DNA of 64,000 nucleotides from an uncultured Acidimicrobiaceae bacterium. Lineage in GTDB: Bacteria > Actinomycetota > Acidimicrobiia > Acidimicrobiales > RAAP-2. Position 1 is the stretch's first letter. Each line of letters opens with the position of its first letter. The DNA is taken from positions 154,683 through 218,682 of the forward strand of contig CAVVMM010000012.1 in assembly GCA_963749355.1 (NCBI GenBank). Direction: 5' to 3'. A program made the translations under genes and the position numbers. Of this stretch, positions 53,375 to 62,494 are shown piece by piece. The notes beneath the pieces are model-generated. The model worked only from the letters and a program-made list of their open reading frames with translations. It did no database searches and was not told where the DNA came from.

Positions 53375-54943
53375 ATGGACCGTTCCGAGCCGCTTGCCGA
53401 CGCAACGATCGGACCCGCGGCTCAGATTGGCTTGACGCCCTCACCCACCATCTGGCGGCCGGTACCGGGGCTGAGGGACCTCAAACTCGCCGAGAGAGTC
53501 GCCGCAACGATTGAGTCGGAGGTCGTCCGTGCTGGTTGGCCCGTGGGAAGTCACATCGGCACTGAGGAGCAGTTGCTAGCGCGATTTGGGGTTGGACGGG
53601 CCGTCCTGCGAGAAGCCTTCCGACTGCTCGAGCACCGGGGATTCGCGAGTATGCGCCTCGGGCGAAACGGAGGCTTGGTGGTCGCCGCGCCGACCGCGTC
53701 CGCGGTCCAGGAGTCACTCGCCATCTACCTTGAGTACGCGGGCGTCAGCGTCGACGATGTATTCGAAGTGCGAACGGTGGTCGAGGGCTTCTCGGTTGTG
53801 GCCGCTTCGGTGGGTCTTGAAGACGACCACTTGCACTCGCTGCGACAGTTCATTCGGAGCAAGAACTCCTCGGAGGGCGTGCCCACACCCCCTTCCGGGC
53901 GCCAATTCCACGAGACTGTCGCCGAGGCCACCGGTAACTCTGCGCTCTCGCTCTTCGTGCAGGTTTTGGATTTCCTGTCCGGTCGATGTTGCGAGCGGGC
54001 AGCGACGCTTGAGACGGCGTCAAAGACGTTGGAGGAGCGAATAGCGCAGGATCACTCGGAAATTGCCAAGGCGATCTTGGCTGGTGATGGTCTGACGGCG
54101 CGGAATCGGATGACCCAGCACATGGAAATGTTGCGCAAGGCGTTTACCGATTTTCGGATCGGTTCCCGACTCAACGTGGAGCTGGACCTCTCGAAAATGG
54201 CCGAAGCGGACACGACTCAAGGAAAGAGCTTGCAGCGGTCTTCCGCCGCGGTGGCCGCTCGAATCCGGCGAGACATCGTCGACCTGGGGTGGCCCGTTGG
54301 CCAAAGCCTTGGCTTTGAAGCTGACCTCATGGAGCGATACGGAGTCGGCCGAGCTCAGTTCCGAGAGGCGGTGCGCGTTCTCGAGAGCCACTCGGTAGTT
54401 GAGATGCGCCGTGGCGTAGGCGGGGGAATGGTCATTACGGCGCCTGACAGCCAGGCCATGATGCGCGCGGGATCCTTGTATCTGCGGCATCGAAATGTGA
54501 TGGCTACCAATATCCGTGATTTGCGCGAGGAGCTGGAGATCGCGTCGGTGCACCTGGCGATCGAGAATCTCTCCGCCGAGGGGATCGAGAGACTCAACGT
54601 CACGTTGGAGCGAGAACGGAACTGGACTGACAACGACTTTGCCGTCGTTTCGCACGACTTGCACGGCGTCATAGCTGATCTGAGTGGGAATGTGCCGATG
54701 GCGTTGTTGTTGTCAATCCTGATGCAAGTTACCGCTGAGCGACTCTACACGGGGGACCCTCAGAGGGTGACGGAGCCTCCAGAAGCGATTCGTGTGGCGC
54801 ATCGAGCCATTGTCGACGCCATTGTGGCTCGCGACGTGCCCCTAGCCACTCGCCGGATGAGGAAACACTTGCGCGCTGTTGCCAGCTACACCGGGACGGC
54901 CAACGAGCCAGCGCCCGATCGAATCGTCGCATCGCACAGTTGA
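53375..54943 (+). CDS. Tandem GntR/FadR-family regulator (two wHTH-FCD units)
   Basis: GWPVG..G.E..L..R.GVGRA..REA.R.LE occurs twice, each followed by FCD-like H..A...GN and H..I..AI motifs. Confidence 0.88.
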   Translation: MDRSEPLADATIGPAAQIGLTPSPTIWRPVPGLRDLKLAERVAATIESEVVRAGWPVGSHIGTEEQLLARFGVGRAVLREAFRLLEHRGFASMRLGRNGGLVVAAPTASAVQESLAIYLEYAGVSVDDVFEVRTVVEGFSVVAASVGLEDDHLHSLRQFIRSKNSSEGVPTPPSGRQFHETVAEATGNSALSLFVQVLDFLSGRCCERAATLETASKTLEERIAQDHSEIAKAILAGDGLTARNRMTQHMEMLRKAFTDFRIGSRLNVELDLSKMAEADTTQGKSLQRSSAAVAARIRRDIVDLGWPVGQSLGFEADLMERYGVGRAQFREAVRVLESHSVVEMRRGVGGGMVITAPDSQAMMRAGSLYLRHRNVMATNIRDLREELEIASVHLAIENLSAEGIERLNVTLERERNWTDNDFAVVSHDLHGVIADLSGNVPMALLLSILMQVTAERLYTGDPQRVTEPPEAIRVAHRAIVDAIVARDVPLATRRMRKHLRAVASYTGTANEPAPDRIVASHS

Positions 54944-54997
54944 TCGAGTGACTCATCGCCGCTTGCCCCAGTGAGCAGCGATTCGCGGCCAGCGTCT

Positions 54998-56263
54998 TCA
55001 GTGCGGACTGGGCTCGTCGGCAGACCGCACGACGCCCGCAGTGACGAGGGCGCTGATCTCGTCCGTGGTTAGTCCGATCGACGACAGGACCTCGACGGTG
55101 TGCTGGCCGATGCCGGGCGCCGCGCCGCGCGGGCGAACATTGGCATCCGCGATGCTCAGTGGCGCCGCCACTGTTCTAATTGGCTGTTCCGGGATCTCAA
55201 TGCTCGGGAAAAGGGCAATCGCGGCCGCCTGAGGGTCGTCGGCGAACTCGACCAAGGTCGCGGCGGGTCCCCATATCAACCGCGCGTCATCAAGTATCTG
55301 TGCCCATTGGTGGAGGGGCCGCACTGCGAAGAGCCTGTCGAGCGCGTCGATCAAGTCAGGCATGTTCTCATGGCGACTCTTGGAAGATTGGAACCGCGGG
55401 TCATCCAAAAGGCTGTCAAGATCGAGCGCGGCACAGAATTTGGACCACCAAGGTGCGTCAGGCATGTTGAGAAACAGCCATCGGCCATCCGCGCACTGGT
55501 AGCGATTGGCGAGCGCGGTGACACTGTGGCTTCGGTCTCGTTTTGTGGGAGCACGGCCGTCAGCCAGCACCGAGGAAAGATCCGTCGCCATCGTCCAGGC
55601 CGCCGCACCAATCAAGTTGACCTCGACTATTTGTCCGCGCCCGGTGCTCTCAACTAGGCGAAGTGCGGCGAGGATGCCCGACACCAGCGCGAGGCCAGCT
55701 ACATGATCACCCTGGCCGGGTCGCGGATACGGAGCTATCTGTCCGGGGTCGGTCATCGAATCGATCACCGACCCGCGACCGAAGAAGGCCGTCACGTCGA
55801 AGCCGGGTCGGCCGGCGTCCGGTCCCACCGTGCCGTAGCCTGTGAGCGTGGCGTGCACGACACGCGGGTTCGCTTTGAGAGCGCTCTTCGAGTCGAGGCC
55901 GAAGCGAGTCTGACGTTCCGGCAGCAAATTGGTGAGAAAGATGTCGGCGCCGGTTATGAGACGGCGAACCAACTGTGCGCCCTCGAGCTGATCGATCGCA
56001 ATTGCGATGGAGCGCTTGCCTCGATTATCGACATGAAAGGCTGCGTCGATCGTCGTTTTGCCGTCAGCTGAACGAGCCGGTCGGAACATGCCGCGCATGG
56101 CGTCACCACGAAGGGGCTCGATTTTGATTACATCTGCGCCCAGGTCCGCGAGAATGGCACCGGCGCTCGGGGCGGCAACCCAATTTCCGACTTCGATGAC
56201 TCGGACCTCGTCCAGGGGAGCGGGCACCTTTCCAGCCTTTCTGAAATGACCCAGAACGGCCAC
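54998..56263 (-). CDS. Family III CoA-transferase
   Basis: AAP.A..ILADLGADVIKIE, NRGKRS, PGFD, GD..AG. Confidence 0.92.
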   Translation of the reverse strand: MAVLGHFRKAGKVPAPLDEVRVIEVGNWVAAPSAGAILADLGADVIKIEPLRGDAMRGMFRPARSADGKTTIDAAFHVDNRGKRSIAIAIDQLEGAQLVRRLITGADIFLTNLLPERQTRFGLDSKSALKANPRVVHATLTGYGTVGPDAGRPGFDVTAFFGRGSVIDSMTDPGQIAPYPRPGQGDHVAGLALVSGILAALRLVESTGRGQIVEVNLIGAAAWTMATDLSSVLADGRAPTKRDRSHSVTALANRYQCADGRWLFLNMPDAPWWSKFCAALDLDSLLDDPRFQSSKSRHENMPDLIDALDRLFAVRPLHQWAQILDDARLIWGPAATLVEFADDPQAAAIALFPSIEIPEQPIRTVAAPLSIADANVRPRGAAPGIGQHTVEVLSSIGLTTDEISALVTAGVVRSADEPSPH

Positions 56264-56720
56264 GATTTTCTGATGTCCGCGATCGAAATTATAGCCGGTA
56301 AATCATTACCCTCAGTGCTCTAGATTACGGACGTCGGTTCGCAAGGGATCGTGGCATGAAAGGGGTTCAAAATATCAACTGTTCTGCGGGAGCGTAGGGG
56401 TCGCGTCGAGGTCGTAACGCTCAACCGTCCCGAGGTGCGCAACGCTCTTGATCCCGAGACGATCGGCGAGTTGTCGGATATCTTCCGTGAGATCGCCCAG
56501 GACGTCGAGGTCGGGGCGGCGATCCTCACCGGTGCTGGTGATCGCGCCTTCTGCGCCGGTATGGACCTCAAGGCTTTCGTTGCCCGTGGGGGAGGACGCT
56601 CGAAGCGATCGCCAAGTCTTCCCAGCTTTACCCGGACGTTGTGCCCGAAGCCGGTCATCGATGCCGCCTACGGTGCCGCCGTGGCTGGCGGGTTGGAACT
56701 GACGCGAAGATAGTGCTTCC

Positions 56721-57959
56721 CTAAGCAGCGGTCGGCTCAAGAGTCACTGCGTAGCCCAAGTTTCGAAGTTGGTCGATGGCACGCCGTTTTGCTTTCTCGG
56801 GACTGAGCTTGGTGTAAAAGTCACCGCCCGGTTCGTTGAAGGTCTCTCCGGTCTGCAACATGTTCCAAACGGTGACGAGCATGGCGTGTTCGAGGGCGAC
56901 CACGGCCTTGACCGGTCCTCGACGCGAGGCGATCCGCCGATACTTGGCTGCGTAGTACGTGTCGTGCGATCGCGACGCGCTCAAGGCGGCGATGCCGAGC
57001 GCGCCCTTTAGGTAGGGATTGCCCGGACGAGTGCGCGTTGACTTCACTCGGCCCGCCGATTCGTTGGAGCCCGGACAGACACCGGCCCACGAGGCCAGGT
57101 GACCGGCGGTAGGGAACCGGCTCATGTCGGCGCCGGTCTCGGCGATGATCACGTCAGCCACTTTCGTGGAGATCCCCGGGATCGTCGAGATCAGATCCCG
57201 GGCTGGGCGAAAAGGTGCCATCACCACCTCAATGCGGGCCGTGATCTCGTCGATCGCCTTGGCTCGTTGGTCAATGAGGTTCAATTGGATCTGGACCAAG
57301 AAAGCGTGGTGTTCGCTGAAGCGTCCGGTGAGTGCTTCGGTCAACTCGGGAATTTTGTTTCGCAGTCGCCCCTTGGCCATGTTGGCGAGAACCTCCGGGT
57401 CGCGCTCGCCGGCCACAAGAGCGTCGAGCATGATTCGAGCTGAGACACCGTGCATTTCCGTGGCGACCGACGAGAGCTTCACCCCGGTGTCCTCCATCAA
57501 CTTCTCCAGGCGCTGAATCTCACGAGTACGTTCCCGAATAATCGTGGTGCGCGTTCGAGTCAGGTCGCGCAACTGGCGAATCGGCTCGGGTGGCACGAAT
57601 GAACTGCGCACCAGACCGTGCGCGCCGAGTTGTGCCAACCACGCCGCGTCCGAGACGTCGGTCTTTCGTCCGGGCAAGTTCTTCACGTGTCGGGCGTTGA
57701 CGAGCATGATCTCGAAGGGTCCCTCTTCGAGCAGATAGTAGAAGGGCTTCCAGTAGTCACTGGTCGCCTCCATCACGACCAACGTCACCCGCTCGGTGAT
57801 GAGGTGCTCTCGCAGCGCCAGGATCTGGTTGGTCACCGCGACCCACGTCGTCACCGTGGAGCTCGCTCTGGCTCGACCAGGTTCTTGGGTTCGCACGCAG
57901 ACCTTGACGTCTCTCTTCGAGATGTCGAGACCCGCGCATCGGTAATGGACAATGTCCAC
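56721..57959 (-). CDS. IS110-family DEDD recombinase/transposase
   Basis: GLDISK (D), MEATS (E), KTDVSDA (DD), TIPGI, WAGVCPG..ESAG (catalytic Ser); GAAGGAG RBS; ORF intact. Confidence 0.96.
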   Translation of the reverse strand: MDIVHYRCAGLDISKRDVKVCVRTQEPGRARASSTVTTWVAVTNQILALREHLITERVTLVVMEATSDYWKPFYYLLEEGPFEIMLVNARHVKNLPGRKTDVSDAAWLAQLGAHGLVRSSFVPPEPIRQLRDLTRTRTTIIRERTREIQRLEKLMEDTGVKLSSVATEMHGVSARIMLDALVAGERDPEVLANMAKGRLRNKIPELTEALTGRFSEHHAFLVQIQLNLIDQRAKAIDEITARIEVVMAPFRPARDLISTIPGISTKVADVIIAETGADMSRFPTAGHLASWAGVCPGSNESAGRVKSTRTRPGNPYLKGALGIAALSASRSHDTYYAAKYRRIASRRGPVKAVVALEHAMLVTVWNMLQTGETFNEPGGDFYTKLSPEKAKRRAIDQLRNLGYAVTLEPTAA

Positions 57960-57990
57960 GATGTCTCCTTCTGTACGTTCACTTTTCAGA

Positions 57991-58141
57991 TGTCCGTTCC
58001 GGAGAGGGCGAGATACTTCAGAAGTCTGACGCTCGTGCTCTAAGGCAACAGTCCACGGTTCTCGTGGATGCCCTCCTCCACCATGCTGCTGTACAGGCTC
58101 ATGGCACTACAGTCCCTTCGGTGTCTAACCGGACCGAACAC
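57991..58141 (-). ncRNA. Predicted IS110 bridge/seek-type RNA
   Basis: 12-bp closing stem (58129-58140 with 57991-58002), two repeated GGACUG..UGCC..GAGC..NNNNCAG modules matching junction sequences, and an upstream -35/-10. Folded by eye only. Confidence 0.7.
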
Positions 58142-58146
58142 GTCGA

Positions 58147-58175
58147 ATAGTACTGAGTGAGCCGACTGCTGGCGA
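58147..58175 (-). promoter_or_regulatory. Putative promoter TCGCCA-N17-TACTAT for the IS110 non-coding RNA
   Basis: -10 at 58147-58152 and -35 at 58170-58175; predicted +1 falls at the first base of the closing stem (~58140-58141). Confidence 0.55.
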
Positions 58176-58790
58176 GTCGCAGATTAGGCGAACCGTACAC
58201 GCACTATCTTCCGTCCGCACGGCGAGCCCGCGACGGGCCCTACGTTGCTGCTGTTGACTTGCAACCTGGTTGTGGCGGCGGAGCACGCCACTTTCGCCAT
58301 TCCTGAGGTCAACCGGGGACTCATTGCCGCGGGGGGCGGCCTCGTGAGGTTGCCGCGCAGGCTGCCGCTGGCCGTCGCGCTCGAAATGGGTCTCACTGGT
58401 GACGCGATCGATGCCCGGCGAGCGCATCAAATTGGACTGGTCAACCGTGTCGTGTCGGGTCCGGAAGTTGTCGATGAGGCACTGGCGCTGGCGGAGCGAA
58501 TATGCCTGAACGCGCCCACCGCCGTGCGCGAGTAAGAGGCTCATGTATGCGGCCCTCGATGGTTCCGAAGACGACGCCTGGAATGCGTCGTCAACGGCCG
58601 CAGAAGAGATTTTTGGTAGTCCCGACGCGACCGGTGGAGCTCGAGCGTATCTCGAGAAGCGCGTTCCTTCATCGTCGAACGCGTGACGCCTGATTGCGCG
58701 ACCTCCTTGGGGGTACGTACGGCGAGCACCAGTGTTTGGGGCCGAGTAAGGACGCGAGTGATAGTGGCGTACGCGAGCGCATAGACGCGT

Positions 58791-59210
58791 TTACTGCCTG
58801 GCCGAGGCGTAACCCGCGAACACTGTCTCACCGTGCTGGTTTCGAGTCACCACCTCGAAGTCAACCGTGATGACTCCTTCGCACTGATCGAGGGCTGCCA
58901 CCGTGGCCGTCGCCGTGAGCGAGTCACCGGGCCACACCTGTGAGGTGAATCTTCCGCTAAATCGAATGAGACGCCCGTCGCCGACGTAGTCGGTCAGCAT
59001 TCGACCGGTCATGCCCATGACGAGCATCCCGTGGGCGAAGATGCTTGGGTAGCCCGCCGCCTGAGTGGCAAACACCTCGTCGGTATGCAGCGGGTTGTAA
59101 TCGCCGGAGGCACCGGCATACTGAACGATTTGGGTGCGGCTGAGGTTCTCGACGACCACCGCTTGGTGGACGGAACCAAGTTTGATGCCGGACCAATCAA
59201 TTGACATCAT
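58791..59210 (-). CDS. MaoC-family dehydratase
   Basis: YAGASGDYNPLHTD, AHGM. Confidence 0.9.
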   Translation of the reverse strand: MMSIDWSGIKLGSVHQAVVVENLSRTQIVQYAGASGDYNPLHTDEVFATQAAGYPSIFAHGMLVMGMTGRMLTDYVGDGRLIRFSGRFTSQVWPGDSLTATATVAALDQCEGVITVDFEVVTRNQHGETVFAGYASARQ

Positions 59211-59713
59211 TGGCGCTCAACCCTTTGGCTGGTGCGCACACCGATCGAGCGAGCGATGACCACCAGCTCGCCATCGCTGCCTCGAAACTCGGTGATGGTC
59301 TCGCGGAACTGCAGTTGACCTCCCCGACGACCCTCTTTGGTCCACGTCTCGCCGAGACGGGCGCTGAGGGTGAGAACTTCGCCGGACCGAATGGGGCGGT
59401 AGTACTCGTAGTGCTGCTCGGCGTGGAGGCCCGTGCCTCCGATTGCGACATTGCCGTCCCCATTCTCTCGGCGTGGCGGCTTGCCGCTCGCCGTGCGCCC
59501 GGAACCTATCCAGGGCTCGCCGGCGTGGGGCCGGAGCGGATAGTCGGGATCGTATTGCGCGCTCGCTTGGACGAAAGTGGGCGGAGCGATGATCCCGCCG
59601 ACGTCGGTGGTCGCGGCGTACGTCGGGTCAAAGTACACGGGATTGAAGTCGCCAATTGCTCGAGCGAAGACCATGATGTGGCCGGCTTCTATCGGGAAAC
59701 GCGGTGCGGTCAT
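59207..59713 (-). CDS. MaoC-N/FAS1-like dehydratase partner subunit
   Basis: FARAIGD.NP.Y, APPTF, LHAEQ.Y.Y.RP; AGGAGG RBS. Confidence 0.88.
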   Translation of the reverse strand: MTAPRFPIEAGHIMVFARAIGDFNPVYFDPTYAATTDVGGIIAPPTFVQASAQYDPDYPLRPHAGEPWIGSGRTASGKPPRRENGDGNVAIGGTGLHAEQHYEYYRPIRSGEVLTLSARLGETWTKEGRRGGQLQFRETITEFRGSDGELVVIARSIGVRTSQRVERQ

Positions 59714-59828
59714 TCCTCCTCCTTTGCGAGGTGCTCGTGGCGCCTCGGGGCCACTGGTCCTTCGTCCGTGTCCACGCCGCACCATGGCGTTGGCGCATTG
59801 CCCATCTTCGTTTTACGCTCAGCGTCGA

Positions 59829-60764
59829 TCAACTGGACGGCTGCTCCTCCGGGATCTGACCGTTCATCCCCGCGTTGGGTTTGGCGCGGGAGACGAGGTC
59901 AGTAATCACGGGTCCTAGTTCGGACGGATCCCACCGGCTCCCCTTATCGGCGAGGGGACCGGCGTGCCACCCCTCGGCGACGCTGATGCGCCCTCCCGCG
60001 ACGTTGAAGACGCGGCCCGTGACGCCAGCCGATTCGAGACTGGCCAACCAAGCCACGATGGGAGCCACGTTGTCGGGAGATCGAGCGTCGAACTCATCAC
60101 CTTTTGGGAGTTCAACGCCGCGGGCGCGCTGCAGGCTCTCGGTCATGCGCGTACGAGCCCCGGGTGCGATGGCGTTGACCGTGACGCCGTAGCGACCCAG
60201 CTCCTTTGACGCGATGATGGTGAAGGCGGCGATGCCGGCCTTGGCGGTGCCGTAGTTTGTCTGGCCAAAATTGCCGTAGATGCCCGACGAAGAACTCGTA
60301 TTAATGATTCGGGCGCTATTGGTCTCGCCCGCCTTCGAGCGGTCGCGCCAGTAACTAGCCGCCCACCGAGTCGGGGCGAAGGTGCCTCGGAGGTGAACCC
60401 GAATGACCTCGTCCCACTCCTCAATGGACATGTTGACGAGCATCCTGTCTCTAAGGATGCCAGCGTTATTGACCAGCACGTCGAGGCCCTCGAAGCTGTC
60501 AATCGCTGCGTGAATGAGTCGTCCGGCGCCGTCCCAATCCGACACGTCCTCGCCATTGGCGAGGGCTTCGCCCCCAAAGGCGTGGATCTCCTCAACGACG
60601 TCCCGGGCCGGCCCCGTTGAGCTCCCGACGCCGTCGACCCCGACTCCAAGGTCGTTGACGACGACCCGGGCGCCCTGACGAGCCAGCTCGATGGCCTGAC
60701 TCCGGCCAATGCCTCGACCGGCGCCAGTGACGATGGCTACTCGACCTTCGCAAATACGAGCCAT
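59829..60764 (-). CDS. SDR oxidoreductase (MFE-2 / HSD17B4-like dehydrogenase)
   Basis: TGAGRGIG, VVVNDLG, NNAGILRD, YGTAK. Confidence 0.92.
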   Translation of the reverse strand: MARICEGRVAIVTGAGRGIGRSQAIELARQGARVVVNDLGVGVDGVGSSTGPARDVVEEIHAFGGEALANGEDVSDWDGAGRLIHAAIDSFEGLDVLVNNAGILRDRMLVNMSIEEWDEVIRVHLRGTFAPTRWAASYWRDRSKAGETNSARIINTSSSSGIYGNFGQTNYGTAKAGIAAFTIIASKELGRYGVTVNAIAPGARTRMTESLQRARGVELPKGDEFDARSPDNVAPIVAWLASLESAGVTGRVFNVAGGRISVAEGWHAGPLADKGSRWDPSELGPVITDLVSRAKPNAGMNGQIPEEQPSS

Positions 60765-60902
60765 ATCACACCTCCCTCTTTGCGGCACGGTCCTCGATGA
60801 AGCCGCGGGGATGTCGCCACGAAGAGTCGATCGCGCAGAAGATCCCTTCACACCGACACCGCACCAGCGAGGATTCTGAGTTCCTCCGTCTGTTCTTCGT
60901 GG

Positions 60903-62063
60903 TCATACACCCGCCGCCGCGTCCGTGCCAAGAATCAGTGTGCCCGCGGCCGCGAACATCCCGCCGACTCCTTGGGCCAGGCTCACTTCGACCTTGGGCA
61001 CTTGGGCCGATGCCTCCTTGCGCAGCTGCCTAACCGACTCCTGGACAAGAAACATTCCGTACATCCCGGTGTGGGTGTAGGACAGTCCGCCTCCGTTGGT
61101 GTTCATAGGCAGGCTCCCGCCCGGCGAGGTGTGGCCCTCGGCGATGAACGCGCCGGCCTCTCCGCGACCAACGAAACCGAGGTCCTCAAGTCCGTAGATC
61201 GGCAAGTGAGCGAAAGCGTCATAGATCATCAGATGGTCGATGTCGGTGGGTCCGAGGCCAGCCTCGGCGAACGCCCTAGCTGAGGAGAGTCGAAACGCCT
61301 TGGACGTCGTGAAATCCTCCATCATTGAGATGATGGGAGTTTCGGCCGCCTCGCCGGTGCCAAGTACGTACACCGGCGGCTTAGGGCCAGGTTGCGCCAT
61401 CGCTCGCTCGATGGACGTGACAACGAGCGCCCCTCCGCCGTCTGTGACGAGGCAACATTCGAGGAGGTGCAGTGGGTATGCGACCATGCGAGAAGCCAGC
61501 ACGTCATCGACAGTTATCGGCTCTCTGAACATGGCCCGGGGGACACTGGCCGCCCAACGCCGTTGGGCGACGGCTACCGAGGCCAGTTGCTCGTGAGTGA
61601 GGCCAAAGTCCTTCATGTAGCGCAGCACGCCGATCGGAAACATGGTGGGCGGGCCGAAGGTCCCGTACGGCGCCTCGAACTGTCCCTGCGGCGAAGCCGG
61701 ATCCAGGGCCCGAGGCGGCGCGCCGACGCGCGACCGACCGGACTCGCCGTGAGTGATCAGCACGACGTTGGCCAGTCCGGCCGCGATGGCCGCCGCGGCG
61801 TGGCGAACGTGAAGGAGGAACGAGCAGCCGCCGACGGAGGTGGCGTCGACATAGGTGGGTGCGATGCCCAGGTACTGGGCGACAACGACCGGGGAGAGGC
61901 CCGCGGCAGCGACACCGTCGACGTCGGACATTCTCAGGCCGGCGTCGGCGACGGCCAACCGGGCCGATTCGGCGTGCATCTCGAGGGCGGAGATATCGGG
62001 AACGACACCGATGCACGTCGTTTCCGCAGCCCCGATGATGGCGGTTTTTCCTCGGAGGCTCAA
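60903..62063 (-). CDS. Thiolase-like (SCP-x/Ltp2-type) protein
   Basis: CC..TDGGGA, YDAF, NTNGGGLSYTH; TTG start overlaps the upstream TGA. Confidence 0.85.
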   Translation of the reverse strand: MSLRGKTAIIGAAETTCIGVVPDISALEMHAESARLAVADAGLRMSDVDGVAAAGLSPVVVAQYLGIAPTYVDATSVGGCSFLLHVRHAAAAIAAGLANVVLITHGESGRSRVGAPPRALDPASPQGQFEAPYGTFGPPTMFPIGVLRYMKDFGLTHEQLASVAVAQRRWAASVPRAMFREPITVDDVLASRMVAYPLHLLECCLVTDGGGALVVTSIERAMAQPGPKPPVYVLGTGEAAETPIISMMEDFTTSKAFRLSSARAFAEAGLGPTDIDHLMIYDAFAHLPIYGLEDLGFVGRGEAGAFIAEGHTSPGGSLPMNTNGGGLSYTHTGMYGMFLVQESVRQLRKEASAQVPKVEVSLAQGVGGMFAAAGTLILGTDAAAGV

Positions 62064-62494
62064 TGCGTCCTCATCTCGGGACGGAACACCGGCACACTCT
62101 GCTTGCCTCGAGGTTCGAAGGTGACTTCGAGAGCCATATCGAGCTCTAGAGCTTCCGGGGAATTTTCGACGCCGACGATGTTGGTCATCAGGCGGGGACC
62201 CTCCTCCAATTCGACGACGGCGATGGCATAAGGCGCCTGGTCCGCAAATCCCACCGCGGGGCGATGGCTGATCAAATAGGTGTGCAGCCGGGCTCGACCT
62301 GTTGCCTTGATCCATGACACGTCGGTCGACGAGCAGTAGGGGCAACCGGGACGCGGGTAAAAGTAAGCCTTACCGCAGGAACCGCATCGCTGAATTCGGA
62401 GTTCTCCTTTCGCCGTGCCCTCCCAGTAATACGTCGTCTCGGGAGTCGGTCTCGGAGAGGCCTTTGCAGGGAGGTCATTCGCGGGTGGGTTCAC
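62060..62494 (-). CDS. DUF35 Zn-ribbon/OB-fold protein
   Basis: YWEG...GEL.IQRC..C...YPR..CP.C, VELEEGPR; GTG overlaps the upstream TGA. Confidence 0.9.
   Translation of the reverse strand: MNPPANDLPAKASPRPTPETTYYWEGTAKGELRIQRCGSCGKAYFYPRPGCPYCSSTDVSWIKATGRARLHTYLISHRPAVGFADQAPYAIAVVELEEGPRLMTNIVGVENSPEALELDMALEVTFEPRGKQSVPVFRPEMRTH

Larger units (their letters stand above)
56702..58247 (-). mobile_element. IS110-family insertion sequence flanked by CTG core copies (56699-56701 and 58248-58250)
   Basis: Removing the segment plus one CTG restores GGLE-L-LLTCNL in the host gene; 19-bp end after the transposase stop and ~290-bp non-coding end upstream of it. Confidence 0.88.
56372..58686 (+). 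pseudogene. Enoyl-CoA hydratase pseudogene split by IS110
   Basis: 5' part 56372-56701 (ATA instead of ATG; TLNRPEVRNAL, FCAGMDLK, GGLEL); 3' part from 58251 (LLTCNLVVAA, PEV.RGL) with a frameshift near 58532, continuing to AYLEKR and TGA at 58686. Confidence 0.88.
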
